Below the pieces are notes generated by a model. The model was not told the DNA's origin and did not search any database. It saw only the letters and a program-made list of their open reading frames with translations. Shown piece by piece: positions 39,093 through 49,671 of a stretch of 64,000 bases of DNA. The translations under genes and the position numbers were made by a program. Every line of letters begins with the position of its first letter. Within the stretch, counting starts at the first letter, position 1. The stretch is taken from NCBI GenBank assembly GCA_029953675.1, contig JAMWBK010000009.1, positions 992,001 through 1,056,000 of the forward strand, in the 5' to 3' direction. The DNA comes from Rhodosorus marinus CCMP1338 (Eukaryota; Plantae; Rhodophyta).

Positions 39093-40349
39093 ATGGCTCT
39101 GGTCGGGACGAACAGTTTCGCTCTCCTGCAGGATGACGTGGAGGATGCTGATGAGAATAGTGTGAACAAGGAGGCTTTGGCGACGGAGAAGAAGCCGGCG
39201 TCCGCACCCGCGAAAGACACGAAGCCCGCTGCAAAGGACGAGAAGGCCACGCAGAAGAGGGGCTCCAGTTCAGCAAGAGGTGAGTTCATTGTGCTGGGTC
39301 GCGACTTTTTTTTTCTTGACGTTGTCGCTGCTGCGTTGATGTTGACTTTGTACGCACTGGTTTTTTTCTCGTAACAAAAGGACGTGGAAAGGGTCGTGGC
39401 AACAATGATCGTGCTGATTACGAGCAAGGCCCGCCGATGAAGGTAAGAGCACAAAGAATCGCTATTCCTCGTGCTGTGGTGGGCAGGATATCTTCGTGTA
39501 GTTGCTAATAATTTTTTATCCGTCCTCTTTATCAAATCGTGCAGGGCCAACGTGAGCATAGAAACCCGCGACACTCTGATCGCCGCGACCATCCATCAGG
39601 TGGAATGAGGAGCGCGGCGAAGCGCGAGCATGACCGAAAAAGCGGGACTGGACGCGGCCGTGAGGTTTCTAAGCGTGGAGCTGGCGGGAAATACGTTTTT
39701 GGAAACGATAAAACCGATGCCCGCGCTGCTGAGCAGAGCGCGAACGCAGCCCTTCAATCTGGAGCCGACGAAGAAACTGCGGTAAAGGCAGCACAGCTCG
39801 AGCCAACTCAGGACGAGGCTGACGCTGCAAACCCAGAAGAGCCGGTCGAGGGCGAGGAGGAAATGGAAGGAAAGGTAGCGGAAGAAGAAAAGGACATTAC
39901 TATCGAGGAGTTTGAGAAGATGAAGCTTGAGGTGAGTATATTTGATCGTGACGTAGGGATGATTGTTCGACGGTGCCCGCTAAAACTTCGGATTTTTTTT
40001 GGAGCAGGCTTCCCGAGCTGATGATGATATCTTCGCCGCACCCAAACCACGAAGATTGATTAACAACGGTGACTCGTTGGGAGAAGCACTGAAGAAGGAG
40101 GAAACTCAATCAGCTCAGCCGCAAACCCCCAAGAAAAGCCCAAAGTCGAAGAAGTCACCAGCGGAGGTCAAGAACACCGCCACTGCGGATTTTTTCGCTA
40201 GCCAGAACGCGAAACCCAGTGGTAGACGGGGTGACAGAGACAATCGCAGGGGAAACGACGGAAATCGTGGTGGCTATAGCGGCCGTTCTAGACAAACACC
40301 TGCTCCGAGAGTTGACGATGTTAGTGCGTTCCCCAGTCTGGGGGGTTAG
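39093..40349 (+). CDS. SERBP1: HABP4/PAI-RBP1 (SERBP1/Stm1-like, RGG) mRNA/ribosome-binding protein (4 exons)
   Basis: N-terminal NSFALL.DD, then KREHDRKSGTGRGREVSKRGAGG, EEKDITIEEFEK, an RGG-like tail and terminal DDVSAFPSLG. All are hallmark motifs. Confidence 0.9.
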
Positions 40350-40685
40350 AAACGAACGGACTCTCGGCGCTCAGGGATCGTCTCCCGCAGATCAATGGAA
40401 AGAGGTGCCGCCAATACCTCGAAAGGGTTTATGCCAACGCATGGTCAAGCCAAGGCGTGAGAAATCGGCAGCATTTCAGTGCATGCGCGTAGACTTGTTT
40501 TTGAAGGATTTAAGAGTTTAATAGATTCGGGAGTAGATGATAAAAGAGCAGAAAGTCGTCAAGATGTTCTCTTTCCTTTTTCGGCTTTCAAGTTTTGCTG
40601 AAGAGGAATCTCCGTCCTATTTGTTCAGCTAGATAGATCGAAGACAAAAGCAGCAAGAACGTATCCTTCACTCTTGAGACAAGCT

Positions 40686-40723
40686 TTCTGAAACCAATTC
40701 AAGGTTCTGAAACCAATTCAAGG
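40686..40723. repeat. Perfect 19-bp tandem duplication
   Basis: TTCTGAAACCAATTCAAGG twice. Confidence 0.95.
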
Positions 40724-40911
40724 TCGCCTAACCACACTGGAAGAACTAGGGAAGGTGCAGAAGCTGAAGTGCTGGCGAGCACCCATCCATTTAGGTGTTG
40801 GCATCGACGGGTACATAGCGTAGAGGGCGAGGGTCAGCTCACCCAGAAGCATGGCAACGACGGTTTTGTAGGTGAGTGAGGCGTACTTCTTTTTGGTGCA
40901 GAGGCTTTTTT

Positions 40912-41537
40912 ATGGCTTTGGAGTCACCAGCTGTATCCCTTCTGGTTGGGGTTATCTCGGTGGTAGTTCTCCTTGTGGTAAACTCGCTGGTTAATCACCA
41001 CCTTAGGAGAAGAGCATACCTAAGGATCCAGCACGGGTACATGAGTCGGAATGAAATATATTTTCTTGACCTTCCGAAGCGCGCGAGGAATCTGCTGTTG
41101 GACGAAGCAGACAGACAGCGGTCAGTGAAAACGGAGCCCCCCGGCGGGTTCCCTGCAGGCTACGGTCAGCGAGGTGAGAACGCGTTTCTTTTTGGGCTTG
41201 TGAATATGATGAGTTTCTGATCTTGTCTATTTCAAACCCAGGAACCCCTTACGAGGGTGTAAATTTCCAGTCTGCCGTATTGAACTCCGTGTCTGTCATC
41301 GAGCACCGTGCAAAGGTAGTTGACAGCGCGATAAAGACGAAACCGCCAGAGAAAGCAAGCACTTTCCTGCAACGGATCCAAGCACGGTTTCCTGGTATAA
41401 CAGATGAGTTGATCATCTCTTATCTGAGTATCTACGAAAGGTGCCTTGACCCTGATCTTGAAGTGCCGGTTAGCACAGCGGAATACCAGGAATTTGTGGG
41501 GATCATAGTCGCCATATGCCACGAACTGAAAGACTGA
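40912..41537 (+). CDS. Single-pass membrane protein, NICE-3 (C1orf43)/fungal Dlt1-like (2 exons)
   Basis: N-terminal TM (AVSLLVGVISVVVLLVVNSLV), then DLPKRARNLL..SVKTEP..GYGQRGTPYEGVNFQSAV and LIISYLSIYER..STAEYQEFV, resembling NICE-3/Dlt1 as recalled. Intron GTGAG..CCCAG at about 41173-41240. Confidence 0.6.
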
Positions 41538-41859
41538 GAACCAAGTCACGAGCTTGGATGAAGCTTTTGAATCGAGTACATGCTACCGAGCCTCCCCACA
41601 ATGCGACCCATCTTCCGGACGCTGTTAAGCGGGTGGGCCTAAAGGAGTGAGACAAGCGCCGATGTGCCTTGCAGGATTCGCCGCCCTGCGTGAGCCCATG
41701 ATCTATCTAAATTAATTTCTGCCTAACTGTAATAGGCTCAGTAAAGGGGCTATAAGAACAAACTGTGGAAGACCCTGAGACAATCGCAAAGCCTAACCGC
41801 GTCCTCCTCAGTAGACCGGTTTGAGCTGTTTCGGTTGGTGGCACAACCAGGGGAACCGG

Positions 41860-42640
41860 ATCACAGGCGATGGTAAAGTGGTCCAAAGTTTTCAACAATA
41901 GTAGTTTTGAGCTAGACTATCAAGCGGTCAAAAAACACGATCCCAACAGTCTCTTCCAGTCCGCTTGAATCTGGCTCAGGTAGAGCTTGTGAACGGCCGA
42001 CCATGAAGCTGTTAAACAACGTAAACGAGTTTCTCGATGGAAAAAGTACGAAACTTATGAACAGGACGAGAAGCTATGTCAACATAAGGAGTCTTCGGCC
42101 AGTCTAGTAAGTTGCCAAGACCACGATCCCAACAGTCCTTCCACTCCACATGAACCTGGCTCCGGAAAAGCTCCCTAACGGGCTTTACCGAAGCGGCTGA
42201 ATACGGAAACGGTTTTCTAGACGGTTAGCCGCACAATGGTTTGAACAGGATAAAAGTTACTCTAAAATCTTCAATAGGATTCTTGAGCCAGACTAGTAGG
42301 AGGTCAAAACCATGAGTCCTTCCAGTCCACATGAATCTGGCTCAGGAGGAGCATATAAAACGCCTTCGTTTCGTGAAAGCGGGGTGAAAAAACGGAGGAA
42401 CCGTTTTCTTCTCGATAGTTCAAGTTGCGCAACTCGTAAAACAGGATTGACAAACGATGTCATCACTACTTCAAAATCTTCAATAGAAGAGCTCAAAACC
42501 CCACCACTCCTTCCTGCTCACATGAATCTGGGTCAAGGAAAAGCTCCTGAATGCAAATCCATGAGCGCGATGCAATGACGAAAATAGGTTTACCTCGATG
42601 AGTGAAGTTACGTCAAGCGGGTGAACAGGATGGCAGGGGT
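41860..42640. repeat. Degenerate tandem array, about 4.5 units of 181-191 bp
   Basis: The core CTTCCAGTCC-CATGAATCTGGCTCAGG has TGAA[T/C]C at 41966, 42151, 42332 and 42523. The linker TTGAGC-AGACTA..GTCAAAA and TGAACAGGA also recur. Confidence 0.88.
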
Positions 42641-42880
42641 ATGATAGGATCAGACGAAGCTATTGAGGAGTAAACTAGAGTGAGAGCTGAGGACCGTGAA
42701 TAGTTTGAACTTCACCGGATTGTGAAGGAGGGCTTTGGGAGGGTTTTGTTGTTGTTGTGTTTGGCATGGTGGTGACGTAGTGGGCTTGGCGTGTTTCGCT
42801 TGGTGGGAAGGAGTCTGTTTGGAGTAGTAGTTGTTTTTCGTAGGTTTTGAAAGGAAAGAGAGAGTGTCCGATAAGATGTT

Positions 42881-44215
42881 ATGGGCTCTCCAGCGGTTGA
42901 TCGTACTGAGATTGGTGAGGCTTCTACTCTGATTCCGAGAAGTGGCCCACATGGAGGTGCATATGTTTCAGGGCAATCGTCGCCTATCGTTGAGAGCGTT
43001 GATCAGGTGCGGAGCTCCTCGCTTACGAGTAGAATATCCAGGACTTCTGATCGATATGCCTCAATGGTGATTCGGCGTGAATCCACAGTCTCTTATGGCG
43101 ATGAGGCGTATAGGGTTCCCCTTTCCTTGAAGTACATGCTGGTATTCGCCCTTATCGGAGCCGTGGCAAGAATAAGGTCATGGGGCCCGTTTCCAGTCTT
43201 TTGGTTCAATGCTCTTGGTTTGGTGCCATTGGGAGTGCTACAGAATCACTTCACAAAATCGTTGACGAACGCAAAAGCGACGGGACTGTTCCTCTTCCAC
43301 ACGATCCTACGGAACGCTGTGGAGTTTGCCATTGCTATATCCTCGTTGTACATGGCCAAGTATTCTGTCCTAAAGGCCTTCCTCTTAGGCTCAATCGTTT
43401 GTAACCAGCTTGTGGTTCCTGGAGTTCACTACGTGATGCTGTCCTTCGAAGGGATTGAAGTGGAACCTGATACTGAGCAGCTCATGTCGGAGTCGTCGAT
43501 GCTAATGCTCCTAATTTGTACGAGCTTTGTGGTGCCTACTGCGGTTTCGTTCTCAATGTTTGATCAGAACAGAGTACTCTGGCTTTCGAGAATATGCGCT
43601 TGTTTGCTGCTTGGCCTTTACGAGTGCATCTTGATCTCCGAGATTCCTCGATTGATTAACAGAGATGAGGAGCAGCAAGTGGACTCTGTCAACGACTTCT
43701 TCGAAGACGAGGAAATCTTTTACGACGCAGAAATTGGAGCTAGACCCGCACCCAACGAGATGAGACCGAGTGTTGCGGCGATCTTGTTGATACTGACCAT
43801 GACAGCGATGTGCTTTTCCTGCTCATCTCTGGTGAGCTCCATAGACGGTGCCGCCATGGCTTTAAGATTGCCCGTAGACCTGCTTGCCTTTGCAGCTCTG
43901 CCCTTTCTTGGGAACACGACCGAGTTCGTAAATGTGGGGATTAGCGATGCTGAGACACGAAATTCAATCGAAAATGCCGTAGGATCTGCAATCCTTGTAG
44001 GCCTGCTCATATATCCGTCGATGGTGGTGGTGGCCTGGGTATTCGACAGACCCTTCACGTTTTCCGTTTCCCTCACCGAAGCCGTCTCCGTATTCATGAC
44101 ATGTGCAATTTCGAACTACGTGTATGGAAAGGAGTCTACAATCTGGATCAAGGGCACCGGACTGATAACCGCCTTCCTTGTCTTCTGCGTGGGAGTCGCT
44201 TTTCAGCACATTTGA
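42881..44215 (+). CDS. CAX: Divergent cation/H+ exchanger of the CaCA superfamily (CAX-like), intronless
   Basis: 444 aa with about 10-11 TM segments and an acidic central loop. Alpha-1-like RNAVEF..LLGSIVCN and alpha-2-like LPFLGNTTEF..AVGSA are present. Confidence 0.8.
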   Translation: MGSPAVDRTEIGEASTLIPRSGPHGGAYVSGQSSPIVESVDQVRSSSLTSRISRTSDRYASMVIRRESTVSYGDEAYRVPLSLKYMLVFALIGAVARIRSWGPFPVFWFNALGLVPLGVLQNHFTKSLTNAKATGLFLFHTILRNAVEFAIAISSLYMAKYSVLKAFLLGSIVCNQLVVPGVHYVMLSFEGIEVEPDTEQLMSESSMLMLLICTSFVVPTAVSFSMFDQNRVLWLSRICACLLLGLYECILISEIPRLINRDEEQQVDSVNDFFEDEEIFYDAEIGARPAPNEMRPSVAAILLILTMTAMCFSCSSLVSSIDGAAMALRLPVDLLAFAALPFLGNTTEFVNVGISDAETRNSIENAVGSAILVGLLIYPSMVVVAWVFDRPFTFSVSLTEAVSVFMTCAISNYVYGKESTIWIKGTGLITAFLVFCVGVAFQHI

Positions 44216-44544
44216 CTGACTACACGACGGGCCTTCCGGTGTTATTCTCATTGGCATTTCCTTTTTGTTATTGAGTATGTACTATGTATATAATGAACCA
44301 AAAAATTACTTGGGATTGAAAACAACCTAACCCTCTAGACCTGAGAGGTGATCGCATACAGCGCCAGATATACGTTGTTTCACAATCTCATTTTCATGGA
44401 AAGCTTTGTTCAACGCCAATCCGCGCACAGCGGATTCCCCACTCAACCGGGCCCAGTCGCGCACACCCCAATCCAAAGAGCTGTCCGCTTACCCATCTTT
44501 TGTAGATGGGTAAGCGGACAGCTCCAACACCAAAGGGAGAATCC

Positions 44545-45562
44545 TTAGCCTTCCGAGATAGTTACTGTTTTGTTTGGCTCTTGCTTTACATTCGCGCCAT
44601 CTTCAGGTCCCACTGGAAGCTTTTGCTCGAACAGGCCCATTTGTTCTATGCATTCATCCGGGTCGAGCTTCACGAACTCGCGAAGGGCGACCTCCTCCCT
44701 TTCGTAGCTTCGCGGAAAGCCGGGCTTGTTTTGCGTAAAAGTTTCAATCTCACTGGCGTTGTCCCCTGCCAAGGCGGCCGCTGCTTCAGCCGCAGCTAGC
44801 CTCGCCCGCGCCATTTCGGCTGCATCCTCTGGCGTTAAACGCTCTCCAAGCTGTCCCAGCTTCTGCAGGATCTTGTTACGTTTTTTGTCCTTGGACAACG
44901 CACCGTTCAAAGCCTTTGCAATCTCGGCCTCTTCCTTGTGCACCCAAGATGAATCCAGTTTGGACTGGGCTACCTTCGGTTCCGGGGTTACCGTGTCCAC
45001 TAGAGAACGCTTGCCACAAAGCGAACAGGCACACTTGAGTATTCAAACGTGGTAGATTTATTCTCCTTTGAGAAGCTAAGATTTCCTTACCTGCAACAGC
45101 ATAGAAGCTTTTCAGGAAGTGGTGAGCAAAAGAAGTCGTCCATTCGCCGGTTGCCGATGGTTCATCATCTTCCGCCTTGGTGGACAAGGCTTCAAACTCC
45201 TTTGCCCAAATTTTTTCAGCTCTCTGCGCCACTAGGTCTGCTGGTTCTGTTTCAATAGATCTCTCCATCAGCATAGCTGGCGTTATGGCGGTCTCATTCC
45301 TCTCATCAATCAGAAACGAACGAGTAACTTCCCGGAAGGCTTTAAACTGAAGATCCTCCGGGGCATCTAAGATCGCGTCTGTAGCTATAATATTCCCTCG
45401 CTTCGACCTGCGCAAAAGCCCCTGGAGCTCACCAAACCCACCGCCCTCAACAATCTCGTTAAACTGCTCCTCCTCATCGGCAGCGTCAAAGTCGCCAAAC
45501 TCGTCTTCCCCTTCCCCTTCCATTGTATCATCTGTCGGCAACGCTTCCATTGATCCGGACAT
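44545..45562 (-). CDS. Hypothetical acidic protein with FGDF/FGEL motifs (2 exons)
   Basis: ATG 45562, exon 1 to about 45090 (GTAAGG donor), exon 2 to the stop at 44545. Coherent helical, charged protein; no confident family. Confidence 0.65.
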
Positions 45563-46093
45563 TATCACTCCTGAAGCCCACCGAAAAACAAAGAAACAGA
45601 AAAAGACACTCTTCTCTCCGCTCGCAAAACCAACACCCTCCTCTACCCCCCCCCGGGCAAAAAAACCAGAAAAACAAATCCAATCCCAGGTTTTCCCAGA
45701 CCCAAACGAAAGGAACCTGCTGTACACAACAAAATCTTACCTCAACCTTCCCTCCACCAGCCCCAAACTCAACCTATCCCATATACACCCCAGACACCCA
45801 AACCCTCCCTCCCCCCCTTTTCGCCCCTTAGAAAACTTTCCAACAGACAAGACCAAAAACCTCCTTCAATACCAGCAGAAAAACCCAAAACACCACCACC
45901 CCCTCAGGAAAGCAAAATTTTAATTTCACCTCAACACCATATTAATCGATTAATTGAACAAATTACGAACATCAGCACAAAAAGACAGCACATCAGCTAA
46001 CCCCCATGGCCCCTCTCTCGCCTCTCTCCTTTTTGCTAAATCGCATTCTCAACTCGCCCTCTTGCTTGCTGACATAAGGACGGTGCTAAAATG

Positions 46094-46348
46094 ATTGGTT
46101 GAACCGATCCTAATAGTCGTTTTTATTGGACAATATTTTTTATTTTAATAAATATTCGTACGTATTCACCTAAAATAGAATATTATTGGATACAGTTCAG
46201 ACTCAATATCTTTAAATTATAATAATTGGCTGTATAAAAACTTAGAGCTATTCATTGGATAGTTTCTCATAACATAAGCAAGTTAGAATAGTAGTTTACT
46301 AAGATCATCCATTGGTTATGAGGTTCTAATAAATAGACCTTTTATTGG
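46094..46348. promoter_or_regulatory. Array of seven same-orientation CCAAT boxes (ATTGG) in a divergent promoter
   Basis: ATTGG at 46094, 46125, 46185, 46225, 46254, 46311 and 46344, in AT-rich DNA between head-to-head genes. Confidence 0.6.
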
Positions 46349-46824
46349 ACTAAAATCTCTTAAGTATTTTTTAAAAAAAGATAATTTTAGGATACACGTA
46401 TAAATAATTTTTATTATTCCAGGTTTTTGGGGGTTGGTTTAGAGTGGATCGGAGGCTGTGGAAAAGGCTTTACCGTTGGGGTTGGGAGAGGGGGGAAGGG
46501 GGAGGGTCCATTCGAGATTGGCCGAGTTTGGGGGAGAGAATTTGCAGGAGTGAAGTGAGAAGTTTGGAGGAGGAAGGGGATTGCGGTTTGGTGGTTTTGT
46601 GTGTGTGAGTGTGTTATTTTTTTCGGGTTCAGCAGCCCGTTCTGTGTTTTTGAGTTGGTCTGGTGTCCCTGCATCGGTTGATGAAGGGGATCGACTAGGG
46701 GTGGGGAGTGTAGGGTTTTTCTTTACGCTTCAGAAAGGGGAACATATTTTTAGGTTGGGAGGAGGGGGGGGAGGGGAGGGGCGGGGTTGTACAGTAGATT
46801 GGGAGAGGGGGGGTCTTGATAGTC

Positions 46825-48512
46825 ATGAAACCGCTTCAGGCGATGCTGGCTGCTGGGGGTGCCCTGGCGCTGAGGGCGACGTTGAGGAATCCGGCTCGTA
46901 CTATAAACGAGGAAGATGAGGACCGGGAATTTCCTGGACTTCCGATTGTTCCGACCCTGCTATGTGCCGCTGGCTGGAGTCTGTTTGCGTGGATCGGTCT
47001 CGCGCAGAAAGATGACATGATCACTACTGACGAGCAGGTGGAGATCGCCAGCGATATTAGCGAGGGTGGAAGGACAATTACTATAGTCACGACGGCTTCA
47101 GTGCCTTGGCTCACAGGAACTGCGGTGAACCCAACGATTAGAGCTGTTGAACTCGCAAAACTGGATAATGAGGTTACTTTGGTCCTCCCGTGGCTTCTCC
47201 CGCAAGACCAGCCGAACGTTTTCTCAGGAAAGGTCATGTTCCAGAGCCCTGCTGAACAAGCTCAGTACGTACGCGAGTGGATGAAGGCCTTATATCCTTC
47301 GGCAGAGGACGATGATGAAGAGAATGAGATGTTGTTGCCTGAGATTCGATTCTACGCCGGCGGATATGCAAAGGACGTAGGAGCCGTATTTCCTCTAAGC
47401 GACATCGCGAAGGCGCTTCCGCAGAACACGTTCCGTGACGTGCTTATCCTTGAGGAACCGGAGCACCTTACCTGGTACTATTATGGGGAGCGATTGACGC
47501 ATCAGTACAGATATGTCGTCGGAATCATACACACCAACTATGTCGCCTACGCATTGAATTGGGACTTCCCAGTCGGCCTTGTGAAGGGTCCACTTCTTTG
47601 GTTCTACAACAAATGGTGCACAAGAGCTCATACCCATCGGATCGTAAAACTATCAGATGCCATGCAAAGCTTCCCGCGTGCGATTACTGCCAACGTTCAT
47701 GGCGTACGCGATGCTTTCTTAGACATCGGAAAGTCCACCGAGCATGACTATTCGCACGACTTCTACTTTGTTGGTAAACTTGTGTGGCAGAAGGGCTACA
47801 ATAGGCTGGTTCCATTGCTGAAGAATTACTACAGACAGACTGGGGAGGCACTCCCCATGGAATGGTTTGGAAGCGGAGACGACGCAAGCGCTATTTACGA
47901 GTCAACACAACGCGAGGTCGCGCTCCACAACATTATTTGCCGAGGCCAAGCGGTGGATCATGTGGAGCTGACGAATTTCAAAGCGCTTATAAATGCGTCA
48001 GACAGTGAAGGATTGGCTACAGTGACACTCGAGGCTATAGCCATGGGTAAATTCGTTGTGATCATAGATCACCGCTGCAACCACTTCTTCAGGCAGTTCC
48101 CGAATGCCCTATTCTACAGGAACCAGTCTGAATTTATCGGGGCCGTCCAGTACGCTGCTTCACATCAACCAAACCCGCTGACGGACACGGAGCTAGAGGG
48201 GCTCTCCTGGTCGGGCGCCATGAGCAGGCTCGTCGACGCAGTTCAAACAAATCAAACTCGAGGACCGGTATGCACACGGTTTCCATACACTTTCCTTTTT
48301 GTTCTCACGGAATGTATTCTGAACGATTTTCATGACTTTTCTTTGTGCATTGCAAGGTTGATAACTTCGCGTCGAACGCGCTAGCGAGGATGATGAAAAT
48401 TTCTTCAAGCAAGTTGTTCAGGAACCCGGATTATGCAGAAATTATGGAGGAAGTAAAGCGCGAGCGAGAGGGTCGAGACAGTTTAAGATCCTACCAGGTG
48501 GCAGCTACATAG
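46825..48512 (+). CDS. DGD: Digalactosyldiacylglycerol synthase (GT4, DGD-type)
   Basis: ITIVTTASVPWLTGTAVNP, VTLVLPWL, RFYAGGY, DVLILEEPEHLTWY, VVGIIHTNYVAY, HRIVKLSDA, NVHGV, YFVGKLVWQKGY, EAIAMGKFV. Intron at about 48268-48356. A further spliced exon to 48789 is possible. Confidence 0.95.
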
Positions 48513-48874
48513 GATCGTTTCTTTCCGTCTACTTACCTCACTTTTGCTCTTGATGGGCATGGAAAGCGTGCGAGTTGAGATTCCTAACCCTGAAGGAGAA
48601 AAACCGTGCAAGGTCCCAGCTCGCCGCGAGGTCGAGGCCAAGCACGAAGGAATATCCAATGGTAGCTTTACGTCTCCGGCCAAAGGAGATGGGGGGTGGG
48701 GAGAAGGTTTGGCTCTCAGTGCTAGGCTTTCTGGGACTTCGTCGGAGAACAACTCAAAGAGAGCCCTCCCATTTTTGATTTCGAACTAAAAGCACCACCG
48801 ACTCTAGGTCGCTACTGCACGACCGGACCCCTCAACAATGTCGTACGAATTCGCGCAGTATCCCAAATACAGTG

Positions 48875-49150
48875 TACATGTAATTGGACTTACACAAAAC
48901 TAGTCAACCAACCAAGCATTCAAACCTAAATGATACCTTCGTCCACATTCACAATTGGATGTATACTACAATATAGAATAAACTTTTAATCTATGAAGTA
49001 TTTTTCGACTATTTACGGGAAATTCAAGTCAGCATATCACACATAATTGGACTTACATTAAAAAATATTAACCAATAAATAGCATTGTGTGTTGAAAACA
49101 CTTCCTTCTACGTTCACAATTGGATATAAATTATAGTAAACAATAAATTT
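48875..49150. repeat. Degenerate direct duplication (period about 164 bp)
   Basis: TAATTGGACTTACA at 48881 and 49044; TTCACAATTGGAT at 48948 and 49113. Confidence 0.8.
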
Positions 49151-49671
49151 TGACTGTTCGTTTGTGTGCCGTGGACGGTGTTTCCCGTTCAAGATCGCCG
49201 ATTTGGATACTTTCTTGCTGGGCGACCAGAGATAGCTCCGTTTGAGTAGTTCGGGACGGAGTGGGCTGCGGAGGGTGCGGAGAACGGTACGGACGTTTTA
49301 GGAGGACGCAGTGATGCATTGTTTGCTTGGGGACTTGAAGAATAGGCAACCGATCTTTGAAAGGATTTTCAAGCGCTTCTTCTGAGAACGTGTTTTGTTA
49401 AGGGAAACTTTTTTGGTGTGTTTTTTTTTTTGGGATCGGGTTGAGGAGAGGTGGAATGGAAGTGATCCCTTTGGAGAAAGCTGAGATTTATCCCCCAGGG
49501 TGATAGAAACCTAGGACATTGTGAGGTTGCTACTGAACTTTCAGAAGCGATCAGGTGTTTTTAAACGGATTTGTTTTTTTCGGGGTTGGCTTCTGAAGCG
49601 TCTTGGTGAAGTTTCGAGGGAAGCGTGAGTGGAGATGCTGTGGATAAGGGATCGAGCGACATGTTCATGAG

